Source of the DNA: a bacterium
GTDB taxonomy: Archaea > Thermoplasmatota > E2 > JACPAO01 > JAHFTW01
Length of the DNA stretch: 64,000 bases
Direction of reading: 5' to 3'
Assembly (NCBI GenBank): GCA_040390065.1
Contig: JAZJZE010000001.1
Location: forward strand, 186,068 to 250,067
A program made the translations under genes and the position numbers. Positions 49,127 to 57,505 of the stretch are shown in pieces; the stretch's first letter is position 1, and every line of letters begins with the position of its first letter. The notes beneath the pieces were generated by a model. It made no database searches, was not told the origin of the DNA, and saw nothing but the letters and a program-made list of their open reading frames with translations.

Positions 49127-49573
49127 ATGGACGCCATTCTCATAGCCTCCAACCAGGCCGTGGTCGCGCCGATGCCGGCCCGCCCGGCCACCCGAGCCCT
49201 CCGCATCCTCCTCGCCGACGACAGCCCCCTCGACCGTCGCATCATCCAGGAACTCCTGCGGCGCTTGGGCGCCGTCGCTGACGTCGCGGCCGACGGCAAC
49301 GAGGCGGCCGACGCCGCCAGCGACAAGCCGTACGACCTCGTCCTCATGGACATCCTCATGCCCCACCTGGACGGTCTCGAGGCAGCCAAACGGATTATCG
49401 CCAGGCTCCCGCCGGGCAAGGCGCCGCGGATCGTCGCCATCACTGGGGATCCCCTGCTGGCCAGCCCCGAGCGGTGCCGCCAGGCCGGCATGGCAGCCTA
49501 CCTCGCCAAACCCGTGCGCCCCGAACAACTCAAGGCCATCCTGGACGCCGCCGCTGAAGCGCGCCGGCCGTAG
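49127..49573 (+). CDS. stand-alone response regulator receiver
   Basis: ILLADD, DLVLMDILMPHLDG, AITG, YLAKP. Confidence 0.9.
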   Translation: MDAILIASNQAVVAPMPARPATRALRILLADDSPLDRRIIQELLRRLGAVADVAADGNEAADAASDKPYDLVLMDILMPHLDGLEAAKRIIARLPPGKAPRIVAITGDPLLASPERCRQAGMAAYLAKPVRPEQLKAILDAAAEARRP

Positions 49574-49618
49574 GCCCCCGGTCGCAAGGCTCATGACCCC
49601 GCCGCTTGTGTCGGATGC

Positions 49619-49858
49619 GTGCAGCGCAAGACAAGGATTCTGATCCTCTGCGTCGCGGGCCTCCTCGTGGCGTCGGCCGCCGTGACCATCGCCGTCGTCG
49701 CCCGCGGCCCCACGGATTCGGGATGCCGCGGCGACCCCGCGACGGATCCCGCCGGCTGCCCGTCGCACGAGCGCCTGCGCCGCTACTGCGCCGAGCACCC
49801 GCGTGACGCCAAGTGCCACCCGTCGGACGCGTCGCGGCCGCAGCGCGGCACGCCGTAG
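49619..49858 (+). CDS. small membrane-anchored or secreted Cys-containing protein
   Basis: N-terminal hydrophobic helix followed by 4 Cys in about 45 aa. Confidence 0.5.
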   Translation: MQRKTRILILCVAGLLVASAAVTIAVVARGPTDSGCRGDPATDPAGCPSHERLRRYCAEHPRDAKCHPSDASRPQRGTP

Positions 49859-49921
49859 TCCTTTCGCCACCAGAACCGCCATCGGACGGTTTCAAGACCC
49901 CTACGGGCGTGCGGCCGGTCC

Positions 49922-51382
49922 ATGGCCCATCTGAGCGCCTCGTACAGCATCACGGTCCGGCTGCAAATCGACAACAAGCCGGGCATGCTGGGCAAGATCG
50001 CGACCCGCATCGGCGAGCTGGGTGGCTCCATCGGCGCCATCGACATGGTGCGCACCGAGCAGGGCGGCAAGGTCCTGGTCCGCGACATCTCCATCGACTG
50101 CAGTTCGGAGGAGCACGTCGAGACGATGCGCAAGGGCCTGCAGGACATGGATGGCGTCAACGTCGTCGCCGTCTCGGACCGCGTCTTCCTGGCGCATCTG
50201 GGCGGCAAACTCACGACGCACTCCAAGATTCCCCTCAAGACGCGCGACGACCTGTCCATCGCCTACACGCCCGGCGTCGCCCGCATCTGCTGGGCCATCG
50301 CGAAGGACAAGTCCGCTTCGTTCAACCTCACCATCCGCAAGAACTGTGTCGCCGTCGTGTCGGATGGGTCCGCCATCCTGGGCATCGGCAACCTCGGCCC
50401 CGAAGCTGCCATGCCGGTCATGGAGGGCAAGGCGCAGTTGTTCAAGGAATTCGGCGGCGTCGACGCGTTCCCCATCTGCATCGACGTCCATACCGCCGAC
50501 GAGATTGTCGCGTTCGTGAAGGCCATCGCGCCGACGTTCGGAGGCATCAACCTCGAGGACATCGCGGCGCCCAAGTGCTTCGAAGTCGAACGCCGCCTGA
50601 AGAAGGAACTCGACATCCCCGTCTTCCACGATGACCAACACGGCACGGCCATCGTGATGCTTGCGGCCCTCACCAATGCGGCGAAGATCGTCAAGAAGGA
50701 CTTCAGCACGCTCAAGATCGTCGTCTCCGGCGTCGGCGCCTCCGGCACGGCCTGCACCAAGATCCTGCTTGCCGCTGGCGCCAAGGACATCGTCGGCTGC
50801 GACTCCAAGGGCGTCGTCTCGAAGTCCCGCACGGACCTCAACGACGAGAAGAAGGAGTACGCCAGCATCACGAACCCGCGCAACGTGTCAGGGACGCTGC
50901 AGAGTGTCCTGAAGGGCGCCGACGTCTTCATCGGCCTCAGCGCGAAGGGCCTGCTGAAGCGCGCCGACATCCTCACGATGGGCAAGGATCCCATTGTCTT
51001 CGCGATGGCGAACCCGGACCCGGAGATCACGCCCGAGGAAGCCGGAGACACCGTCGCCGTCATGGCCACGGGGCGCAGCGACTACCCGAACCAGATCAAC
51101 AACGTGCTCGCCTTCCCCGGCGTCTTCCGCGGCGCCCTCGACGCAGGAGCGACGGACATCAACGAGGCCATGAAGGTCGCAGCCGCGCACGCGCTTGCCG
51201 GCCTCATCTCGGACTCGGAGCGCAGTTCCGAATACATCATTCCCAGCACGTTCGACCCACGTGTTGGGAAGACCGTCGCGGCGGCCGTCAAGGAAGCCGC
51301 CATCAAATCGGGCTGCATCCGCAAGAAGACGCCCGGCTCGGTTCCCATCTTCGAGGAACACGTCAACGCGATGCACCGCTAG
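49922..51382 (+). CDS. NAD(P)-dependent malic enzyme with an N-terminal ACT domain
   Basis: NKPGMLGKI (ACT), AYTPGVA, PVMEGK, NLEDI, HDDQHGTA, GRSDYPNQINN. Confidence 0.95.
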   Translation: MAHLSASYSITVRLQIDNKPGMLGKIATRIGELGGSIGAIDMVRTEQGGKVLVRDISIDCSSEEHVETMRKGLQDMDGVNVVAVSDRVFLAHLGGKLTTHSKIPLKTRDDLSIAYTPGVARICWAIAKDKSASFNLTIRKNCVAVVSDGSAILGIGNLGPEAAMPVMEGKAQLFKEFGGVDAFPICIDVHTADEIVAFVKAIAPTFGGINLEDIAAPKCFEVERRLKKELDIPVFHDDQHGTAIVMLAALTNAAKIVKKDFSTLKIVVSGVGASGTACTKILLAAGAKDIVGCDSKGVVSKSRTDLNDEKKEYASITNPRNVSGTLQSVLKGADVFIGLSAKGLLKRADILTMGKDPIVFAMANPDPEITPEEAGDTVAVMATGRSDYPNQINNVLAFPGVFRGALDAGATDINEAMKVAAAHALAGLISDSERSSEYIIPSTFDPRVGKTVAAAVKEAAIKSGCIRKKTPGSVPIFEEHVNAMHR

Positions 51383-51473
51383 CATTCCGCAGATGCCTTC
51401 CAGTTGGTCGTCCACCTGGATGCCCCGCAGATTGACTCTACCCGCTTGGTCAATCCGTGGAATCTGCCCCCAG
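51382..51473 (-). repeat. dispersed palindromic element, copy 2
   Basis: Reverse complement of 42350-42442, with a 54-bp identical core. Confidence 0.9.
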
Positions 51474-51642
51474 TCCGCGCCATTGCAGGACGTCCAAGAG
51501 CCCACGCGGGCGATGCCCAAAATCTCAGCGAAATCTGTGGATGAGGGGGGCGGGAACCCGGGAGAAGCAAACCGTGGCCAGGCGCCCCCATTCGAGGCTT
51601 GTGCGGCGTGCTTTATATGTGATGAAGGCGGATGCCAGAGTC

Positions 51643-51655
51643 GTCCCTGGAGGAC
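51643..51655 (+). promoter_or_regulatory. shared leader motif GTCCCTGGAGGAC (copy 1), containing a GGAGG Shine-Dalgarno
   Basis: Identical to 52353-52365; about 30 nt after TTTATAT. Confidence 0.7.
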
Positions 51656-51660
51656 CAATC

Positions 51661-52194
51661 ATGAACACTTCCGCCAAACTGACCCTCGCAATCATGGCTA
51701 CGGCCTTCCTGGCCTTCGCCGGCTTGGCCACCACCGTGGCCGCCGACCCTGGCCAGAACGCCCAAGACCGCAAGGACGCCGCCAAAGACAAGATGGAGGC
51801 CGCCAAGGAGCGCATGCAGGAGGCCCGCGACCACGCCAAGAAGGACCGCCGCCACCTCGCCGGCCTCGAGATGGCCATCAAGGTCCACGAGCGCATCCTC
51901 AACCGCACCGAGGAGCGCATCACGAAGCTCACCGAGAAACTGCAGTCTGGCAACCTCACCGGAAACCAGACGCAGGCCCTCGAGAAGCGCATCGAGAAGC
52001 TCAACGACCGCGTCGACAAACTCGAGGCCAAGATTCAGACCCTGAAGGACAAGCTGGCCGAGCTCAAGGCGAAGTGGCAAGCCCACCGCGCCCAGGCCGA
52101 ACTCAAGCGCGGCGAAGACGACCTCGACGAGGGCGACGCCTCCGAGGGCTCCTCGACGTCGGAGTCGAGCTCCAGCACGAGCGGCTCGGCCTAA
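51661..52194 (+). CDS. secreted coiled-coil protein
   Basis: Signal peptide ending TVAA-D; heptad-rich body with a QSGNLT turn; Ser/Glu-rich tail. Confidence 0.85.
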   Translation: MNTSAKLTLAIMATAFLAFAGLATTVAADPGQNAQDRKDAAKDKMEAAKERMQEARDHAKKDRRHLAGLEMAIKVHERILNRTEERITKLTEKLQSGNLTGNQTQALEKRIEKLNDRVDKLEAKIQTLKDKLAELKAKWQAHRAQAELKRGEDDLDEGDASEGSSTSESSSSTSGSA

Positions 52195-52352
52195 GCGGCC
52201 CATTCCCACCTCCTCCCTTCCACCCAACCCCCTTTTCTTGCGGCCGGCTTTCTGAAGTGGCCCGGCACGCCATATTCCAGCTTTTCCACTGGGGCCAACC
52301 GTTTGATGGCTGTCCGGCGGCGCTTAAGTATCCCGCCCGGACCTGCACGGCT

Positions 52353-52365
52353 GTCCCTGGAGGAC
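52353..52365 (+). promoter_or_regulatory. shared leader motif GTCCCTGGAGGAC (copy 2)
   Basis: Identical to 51643-51655; about 30 nt after CTTAAGTA. Confidence 0.7.
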
Positions 52366-52369
52366 TCGC

Positions 52370-54337
52370 ATGACCCGCCAACCAACAGCCCGGAGCCTCG
52401 CCATCCCCCTCGCCGTCGTCCTCTTCATGGGCGCACTGGCGGGCCTCGCGACGGCCCAAGAACCCGGATCGTCGCCGTCCTGCACCGACACCAACTCCTG
52501 CCCGCCCCCGTGCGGCACCGATGCGACGGACCCGTGTCCTGCCCCTTGTGGTGAGGGCACCGACCATCCCTGCCCACCGCCTTGCGGCGACGGGACCGAC
52601 CACCAATGCCCGGCCCCTTGCGGCCCGGACACCGACAAGCCATGCCCTCCGCCGTGTGGCCCCGACACGGACAAACCGTGCCCGCCGCCCTGCGGCCCCA
52701 ACACGGACCACCCGACCTGTCCTCCCCCCTGCGGTCCGGGGACCGAGCACCCCGAATGCCCCTGCCCCACCGCCGGTGGCTCGAACTGCCCGCCGCCCTG
52801 CGGCCCCGGCACGGACCACCCGACCTGTCCTCCCCCGTGTGGCCCGAACACCCCACACCCGACGTGCCCGCCGCCATGCGGTTCGGCCGAAAAGCCCTGC
52901 CCGCCGCCCTGCAAGCCGGGCAGCGACCACCCGTGCCCGCCTCCGTGCGGCCCGCAGGCAAACCACCCATGCCCCCCGCCCTGCGGACCCAAGACCGAGC
53001 ACCCCTGCCCGCCGCCTTGCGGCCCGCAGACGGACCACCCCTGCCCGCCGTGCGGCAAGCCCGCCCCGGCCGGCAACAACACGGCGCCACCCGCCAAGCC
53101 GTGCCCGCCTCCCTGTGACAAGCCGATGCCGCCTCCGGGCGAGCCGGCGCCGGGCAACGGCACCCAGCAACCGCCTCACCCGGATCACCCGTGCGGCCCA
53201 CCGCCGTGCCCGGGCGTGACGATTGGCGCCGGTGAAGGCGCCGGGTTCCACGCCGGCGACGGCAACGAGAGCATCGGCGCCGGCGAGAACGCAGGCCTGC
53301 ACCTGGCCCTCGGCCGCTGCGGCCCCTGCCCGGCCTTCCACTTCGAGGAAGGCGCCGGCGTGCACGTGCAAGCCGGTGAAGCACAAGCCGGCGCCGGCGA
53401 GCACCTCGCCGACCACATCAAGGCCGTGTGCGGCCCGTGCGCCCCGCTGCACCAGGACATGGGCGCGGGCGTCCACGCAGGCAACGCGTCCATGGGTGCG
53501 CACGAGCACGCCGCCGTGATGCTCTGCCACCCGCCGCCGCCCTGCCCGCCGCCCACTGGCGTCCGCGAAGCGGCGGCCATCAAGGCCAAGGCTGGCGACG
53601 TCGGCGCGGAGATGCATGAAGGCATGATGATCCACGCCGTGGGTTGCATCCCGCCGCCCTGCACCCCGGCCCCACAGCCGGGCCTGCATGAAGGCGCAGG
53701 CGCCCACGCGAACGCCGACGGCATCGACGTCCACGCCGGCGAGCATGCAATGGTCCGTCCGATGCCCCCGCCGTGCGGGCCCTGTGGCCCTCAGCCCGGG
53801 GTCCACATCGGCGCCGCTGAAGGTGCCGGCGCGCACGTCCAGGCCGGAAACGTCAGCGCCGGCGTCCACGAGGATGCTGGCCTGCATGTCGGCGACCGCA
53901 TGCTGCACCCGTGCCATCCCCCCTGCCCTGGCCCCGGTGGCCCTGGCGGCGCTGGCGTCCATGAGGGTGCTGGCGTGAAGGTCAAGGACGGCAACGAGAC
54001 CATCGTCGCCATCGGCGAGCGCGCCGACGTGAAGCTGCGTCTTGGCGAAGGCTGCCGCGACCACCCCGGCGACCCGAACGGCGACGACATGAAGCTCGGC
54101 CGCCGCGTGCACGCCATCGAGCAGGCCTTGGATGCAATGGGGCACCGCCTGGACCGCCTCAATGCGACCCTGAACCGCCTCATCGACCACCTGTCGGACG
54201 GCAACCTGACGACGGAGCAGATGGACAAGCTCAACGAGCGCATCGGCCACCTCCTCGACGAGATGGACAAGGTCTCCCAGAAACTGCAGGACCTGACCGA
54301 CGACCTGGACCAGATCCTCCAGCACCTCGGCGGCTAG
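52370..54337 (+). CDS. secreted CPPPC-repeat, His-rich-repeat, coiled-coil protein
   Basis: Signal peptide ending ATA-Q, about 16 CPxPC units, about 7 GAGVH-type repeats, C-terminal heptads with SDGNLT. Confidence 0.88.
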   Translation: MTRQPTARSLAIPLAVVLFMGALAGLATAQEPGSSPSCTDTNSCPPPCGTDATDPCPAPCGEGTDHPCPPPCGDGTDHQCPAPCGPDTDKPCPPPCGPDTDKPCPPPCGPNTDHPTCPPPCGPGTEHPECPCPTAGGSNCPPPCGPGTDHPTCPPPCGPNTPHPTCPPPCGSAEKPCPPPCKPGSDHPCPPPCGPQANHPCPPPCGPKTEHPCPPPCGPQTDHPCPPCGKPAPAGNNTAPPAKPCPPPCDKPMPPPGEPAPGNGTQQPPHPDHPCGPPPCPGVTIGAGEGAGFHAGDGNESIGAGENAGLHLALGRCGPCPAFHFEEGAGVHVQAGEAQAGAGEHLADHIKAVCGPCAPLHQDMGAGVHAGNASMGAHEHAAVMLCHPPPPCPPPTGVREAAAIKAKAGDVGAEMHEGMMIHAVGCIPPPCTPAPQPGLHEGAGAHANADGIDVHAGEHAMVRPMPPPCGPCGPQPGVHIGAAEGAGAHVQAGNVSAGVHEDAGLHVGDRMLHPCHPPCPGPGGPGGAGVHEGAGVKVKDGNETIVAIGERADVKLRLGEGCRDHPGDPNGDDMKLGRRVHAIEQALDAMGHRLDRLNATLNRLIDHLSDGNLTTEQMDKLNERIGHLLDEMDKVSQKLQDLTDDLDQILQHLGG

Positions 54338-54357
54338 GCTCCGCACTCCCGGCCTCG

Positions 54358-54411
54358 TCTCCTCCTTCTCCCCTTCTTCTCCCCTCCTTCTCCTCGCCCT
54401 TTTCATCCCCC
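54358..54411 (+). terminator. polypyrimidine tract, putative terminator
   Basis: Almost pure C/T run containing CTTTT after the stop; a similar tract follows 52194. Confidence 0.5.
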
Positions 54412-54430
54412 TGACCATCCGGTGTCCAAC

Positions 54431-54943
54431 ATGCGTACTCTCTCCCTTGTCGTGGCCGTCCTTGCGCTTGCCCTCCCGAACGCCGTGCATGCCCAGGAAG
54501 GCTGCGACCAAGCCAGTCCGTGCGACCTCGTCGTCGACGTGTCCGACTCCGGCTTCACGGATGTTTCCGTCTCCAACTTCACCCTCAACGACTGGTACAC
54601 GATCGACGCATCCAACGGCGGCGAGACGCCCCACACGCTGACGATCGAAGGCTACGGCGTCTCCATGGCGTTGGGCCTGGACGAAAGCAAGACGCAGACC
54701 ATCCAGTTCTCCAAGCTTGGCTGCTTCGACCTCAAGGACTCGCCAAGCGGCGCCGTCCACAAGCTGCGCGTCGTCACCAGCGACAGCATCGACTTCTCGC
54801 AGCACGTCGCCGCCGAGAAGGACCCGTGCACAGGCCTCCCCGTCGGCCCAACCTCGTCGTCAAGCGGCAAGATGCCGGGCCTTGAACTGCCACTACTGGC
54901 CCTCGCCATCGTCGGCGTTGTGGCCTGGCGCCGCAGGGCGTAG
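54431..54943 (+). CDS. cupredoxin-like surface protein with a PGF-CTERM-like tail
   Basis: Signal peptide; SNGGETPHTLTIEG; C-terminal MPGL-hydrophobic-RRR. Confidence 0.7.
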   Translation: MRTLSLVVAVLALALPNAVHAQEGCDQASPCDLVVDVSDSGFTDVSVSNFTLNDWYTIDASNGGETPHTLTIEGYGVSMALGLDESKTQTIQFSKLGCFDLKDSPSGAVHKLRVVTSDSIDFSQHVAAEKDPCTGLPVGPTSSSSGKMPGLELPLLALAIVGVVAWRRRA

Positions 54944-55026
54944 GTCAACGGACGGCTGCCTTTTACCGGGCGCGCTGCGTCCTGGTCCAATCACCTTTAG
55001 AACGCCAAACTTCTCTCCTGTCAGGA

Positions 55027-57447
55027 ATGGCCCCAGACCAGGGCGATCGGGTGTCGTTGCGGGCCATGGTCGGCGTGCGCCTCGCAGGCGTCGGTTTTGT
55101 CGCAGTGCTCCTCGTCCCGGGTGCCGCCGCCTTGTTTGTCGCGGCCGGCCATTTTCACGTCTATGCGAGCGAGGACGGGACATCCTGGGCGCCCCAAACC
55201 GTTCTCGACGAGTTTTCCCCCCGTGACCTAATCTCCCTGGGAGGCCTCTGGGTCATAGTCGGTCCGGGCGGGGTCCACTTCACATCCGATTTGGCTGCGG
55301 GCTGGACCACCGCGGCCGCTACCGGCGGCTACCAACTCTCCGGCGTCGCGACCGATGGCACCAACCTCGTGGTCGTCGGGTCCGCTGGATGGGTCGGCCG
55401 CAGTGCAGACGTTTCGTCCTGGAACTTTGCGCACGTGACGACGACAAGCCTGGAGGCCGTGGCCACGGATGGGTCCACTTGGCTCGCTGTCGGTGGCGGC
55501 GGGGAGGTCCTGCGCAGCTCGGATGCGGGAGCCTCATGGGTGGAGCAGCCCCAACTGGGCACCGCGGACCTCCATGCCGTGCTCTGGAATGCGCAGGCCG
55601 GTCTCTGGGTCACCGGCGGCGAGAACGTCTACGAGAGTCCGGATGGCACGACGTGGACATGGATTGGTGGCGTCGCCGACGCCAACGACCTGGACGTGGT
55701 CGGTGGGCGGGCGGCCTTGGCTGGGGGCTCCGGAAACATCGGCATCTGGACGGGCGCCGTGTCCTCAGGCTGGCATTGGCAACAGGCGGGCACGGAGGCG
55801 TTCAACGGGTTGGCGTCGTGTGCGGGCGTCACGGTCGTGGTCGGCAACGGCGGCAAGATTCTGACGGATGCCGCCGCGGATTCTGGCGTGCCCAGCTTCG
55901 GCGTCCAGCCGAGCGGCACGACGGACGACTTGGGCGCCGTCGCCTGTTCACAGCACCCTCTTGCCTGCTATGCCGCTGCCTCGAGCGGCGCAATCGGTGC
56001 GCCCTTCGTGTTCGCCGCCTCGGGAGGCACGCCGCCGTACAGTTGGGCGGCGCCGGGCAGCAGCAATCCCGGCCCAACGGAAGGTCCAGCGCTCTCGGCC
56101 GCGTTCGACGAGCCGGGGACGCACTCGATCATCCTGATGGATTCCGGCGCGGGCTTCGCGCAGCAGACGGCCGAGTGTGTCGTCACAATCCAACCGTCGC
56201 CGCCGCCAACCGCGCTCGCCTGCACCATCCCGATCCAGGTCGTCGCATCCGGCACGCCCGCTAGCTTGAGTGCAGCGGGCGGCCAGGCGCCCTACACCTG
56301 GATGGCGCCGGGGTCCGACCAGTCCGAAGCCGTCCAAGACGGTGCGTTCTCCCCGTCGTTCCTCGACGCCGGTGCGCACTTCGTGACGGTGCAGGACGCC
56401 GCCGGCGCCGTGGCCCATTGCGAAGTCGACGTGGTGGTGGCCCCAGTGCCACCGCTGGCCGAACCGTGGAGCGTCCCCGCTGCGTGCGCGGTGGCCGGGT
56501 CGGGGCCTGACCCGGTGTCAGTCGACGGCGCCTGCCCCGTACCGACGCAGGGTGACGACGCGCCTCCAGCCCCGGACGCCGCCGTCCCAGGGGCGCTCAG
56601 TCCCACCATGAAACTGGAGGCGTCCAGCCCGACGGCAATGAGGTCCGGTTTGGTGGGCAACGGCGAGTTGGGTTTCGGCGATGCCTGCCCCGCCGGCCGC
56701 GCACCGTGCGCATTGGACGCGTCGGGGTTGGCCCCGGTGCCGCTCGTCGCCACCGGGTGCGACGGAGCCAGTCGCGCGTTGTCGAGTTGCACGCACACCC
56801 CGTCTGCCGCAACGCCGCTCGGCTCGGCGGTGCCCGCCCCTCGGGACACGGCATTCTCGCCGCCAGCGTTTCTCAGTGGCCTTGCCACTGGATGCCTGCT
56901 GGTCATCGTGGGCTTCCGAGGGATCCGCTGGTGGTTCCTGGCCCTGTTTACGCGGCTGCGCCGCAACGACCTGCTGGACCACCCGACGCGCGCCGCCCTA
57001 TTTGCGCGCGTCGAGGCCGAGCCGGGAATCCACTTCCGCGCGCTCATGCGCGCGGTCGGCAAGGGCCAGGGCACGGTGCGGCACCACCTGGAGGTGCTGG
57101 TCGCCGGCGGCTTGCTGGAGGACATGGACGTCCACGGCTTCAAGGGGTACCGCCTGGCGGGGCCGTGCGCAGCAGGGCCGCCGCTTCCTGCAAGCCGCGT
57201 CTTGGGCACACGCCACGCGCGTCGGCTCCGGGAACTCCTTGAGGGGCGTCCACCGACCAGCGTCCGCCAACTCGCTGAGGCCGTGGGTTTGTCCTATGGC
57301 GGTACGATGCACCACCTCCGGCGCCTGCAGAAAGCCGGGCTGGTGCGACTGGCCGAAGTTCCGGGGCAGGGATTGCGGGCCAGCTTCGTTCCAGCGATGC
57401 CCTCAGAGCGGGCAGGGCTGCTTGCCGGAGAACGGACATCGTCCTAG
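55027..57447 (+). CDS. beta-propeller + Ig-like + TM + double winged-helix protein
   Basis: SEDGTSW, SSDAGASW, SPDGTTW repeats; GGTPPYSW and GGQAPYTW Ig-like domains; TM; LLDHPTR...PGIHFRAL and SVRQLAEAVGLSYGGTMHHLRRL. Start may be 55066. Confidence 0.82.
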   Translation: MAPDQGDRVSLRAMVGVRLAGVGFVAVLLVPGAAALFVAAGHFHVYASEDGTSWAPQTVLDEFSPRDLISLGGLWVIVGPGGVHFTSDLAAGWTTAAATGGYQLSGVATDGTNLVVVGSAGWVGRSADVSSWNFAHVTTTSLEAVATDGSTWLAVGGGGEVLRSSDAGASWVEQPQLGTADLHAVLWNAQAGLWVTGGENVYESPDGTTWTWIGGVADANDLDVVGGRAALAGGSGNIGIWTGAVSSGWHWQQAGTEAFNGLASCAGVTVVVGNGGKILTDAAADSGVPSFGVQPSGTTDDLGAVACSQHPLACYAAASSGAIGAPFVFAASGGTPPYSWAAPGSSNPGPTEGPALSAAFDEPGTHSIILMDSGAGFAQQTAECVVTIQPSPPPTALACTIPIQVVASGTPASLSAAGGQAPYTWMAPGSDQSEAVQDGAFSPSFLDAGAHFVTVQDAAGAVAHCEVDVVVAPVPPLAEPWSVPAACAVAGSGPDPVSVDGACPVPTQGDDAPPAPDAAVPGALSPTMKLEASSPTAMRSGLVGNGELGFGDACPAGRAPCALDASGLAPVPLVATGCDGASRALSSCTHTPSAATPLGSAVPAPRDTAFSPPAFLSGLATGCLLVIVGFRGIRWWFLALFTRLRRNDLLDHPTRAALFARVEAEPGIHFRALMRAVGKGQGTVRHHLEVLVAGGLLEDMDVHGFKGYRLAGPCAAGPPLPASRVLGTRHARRLRELLEGRPPTSVRQLAEAVGLSYGGTMHHLRRLQKAGLVRLAEVPGQGLRASFVPAMPSERAGLLAGERTSS

Positions 57448-57505
57448 AGTGCTCGCTGCGCCGTGGTCCACTCTCCTTTAGGCCATCCCACCGTTGCTTC
57501 GGCCC

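Noticed and set aside
52499-53119. Possible CRISPR array (about 36-bp periodicity)
   Set aside because: The units are in-frame codon repeats with synonymous variation, with no constant repeat and unique spacer structure and no cas genes in the window.
52103-54805. 900-aa and Gly-rich (GPQGGG) minus-strand ORFs that look collagen- or silk-like
   Set aside because: Antisense of the CPPPC gene, which has the signal peptide, Shine-Dalgarno and promoter; the repeats are not Gly-X-Y.
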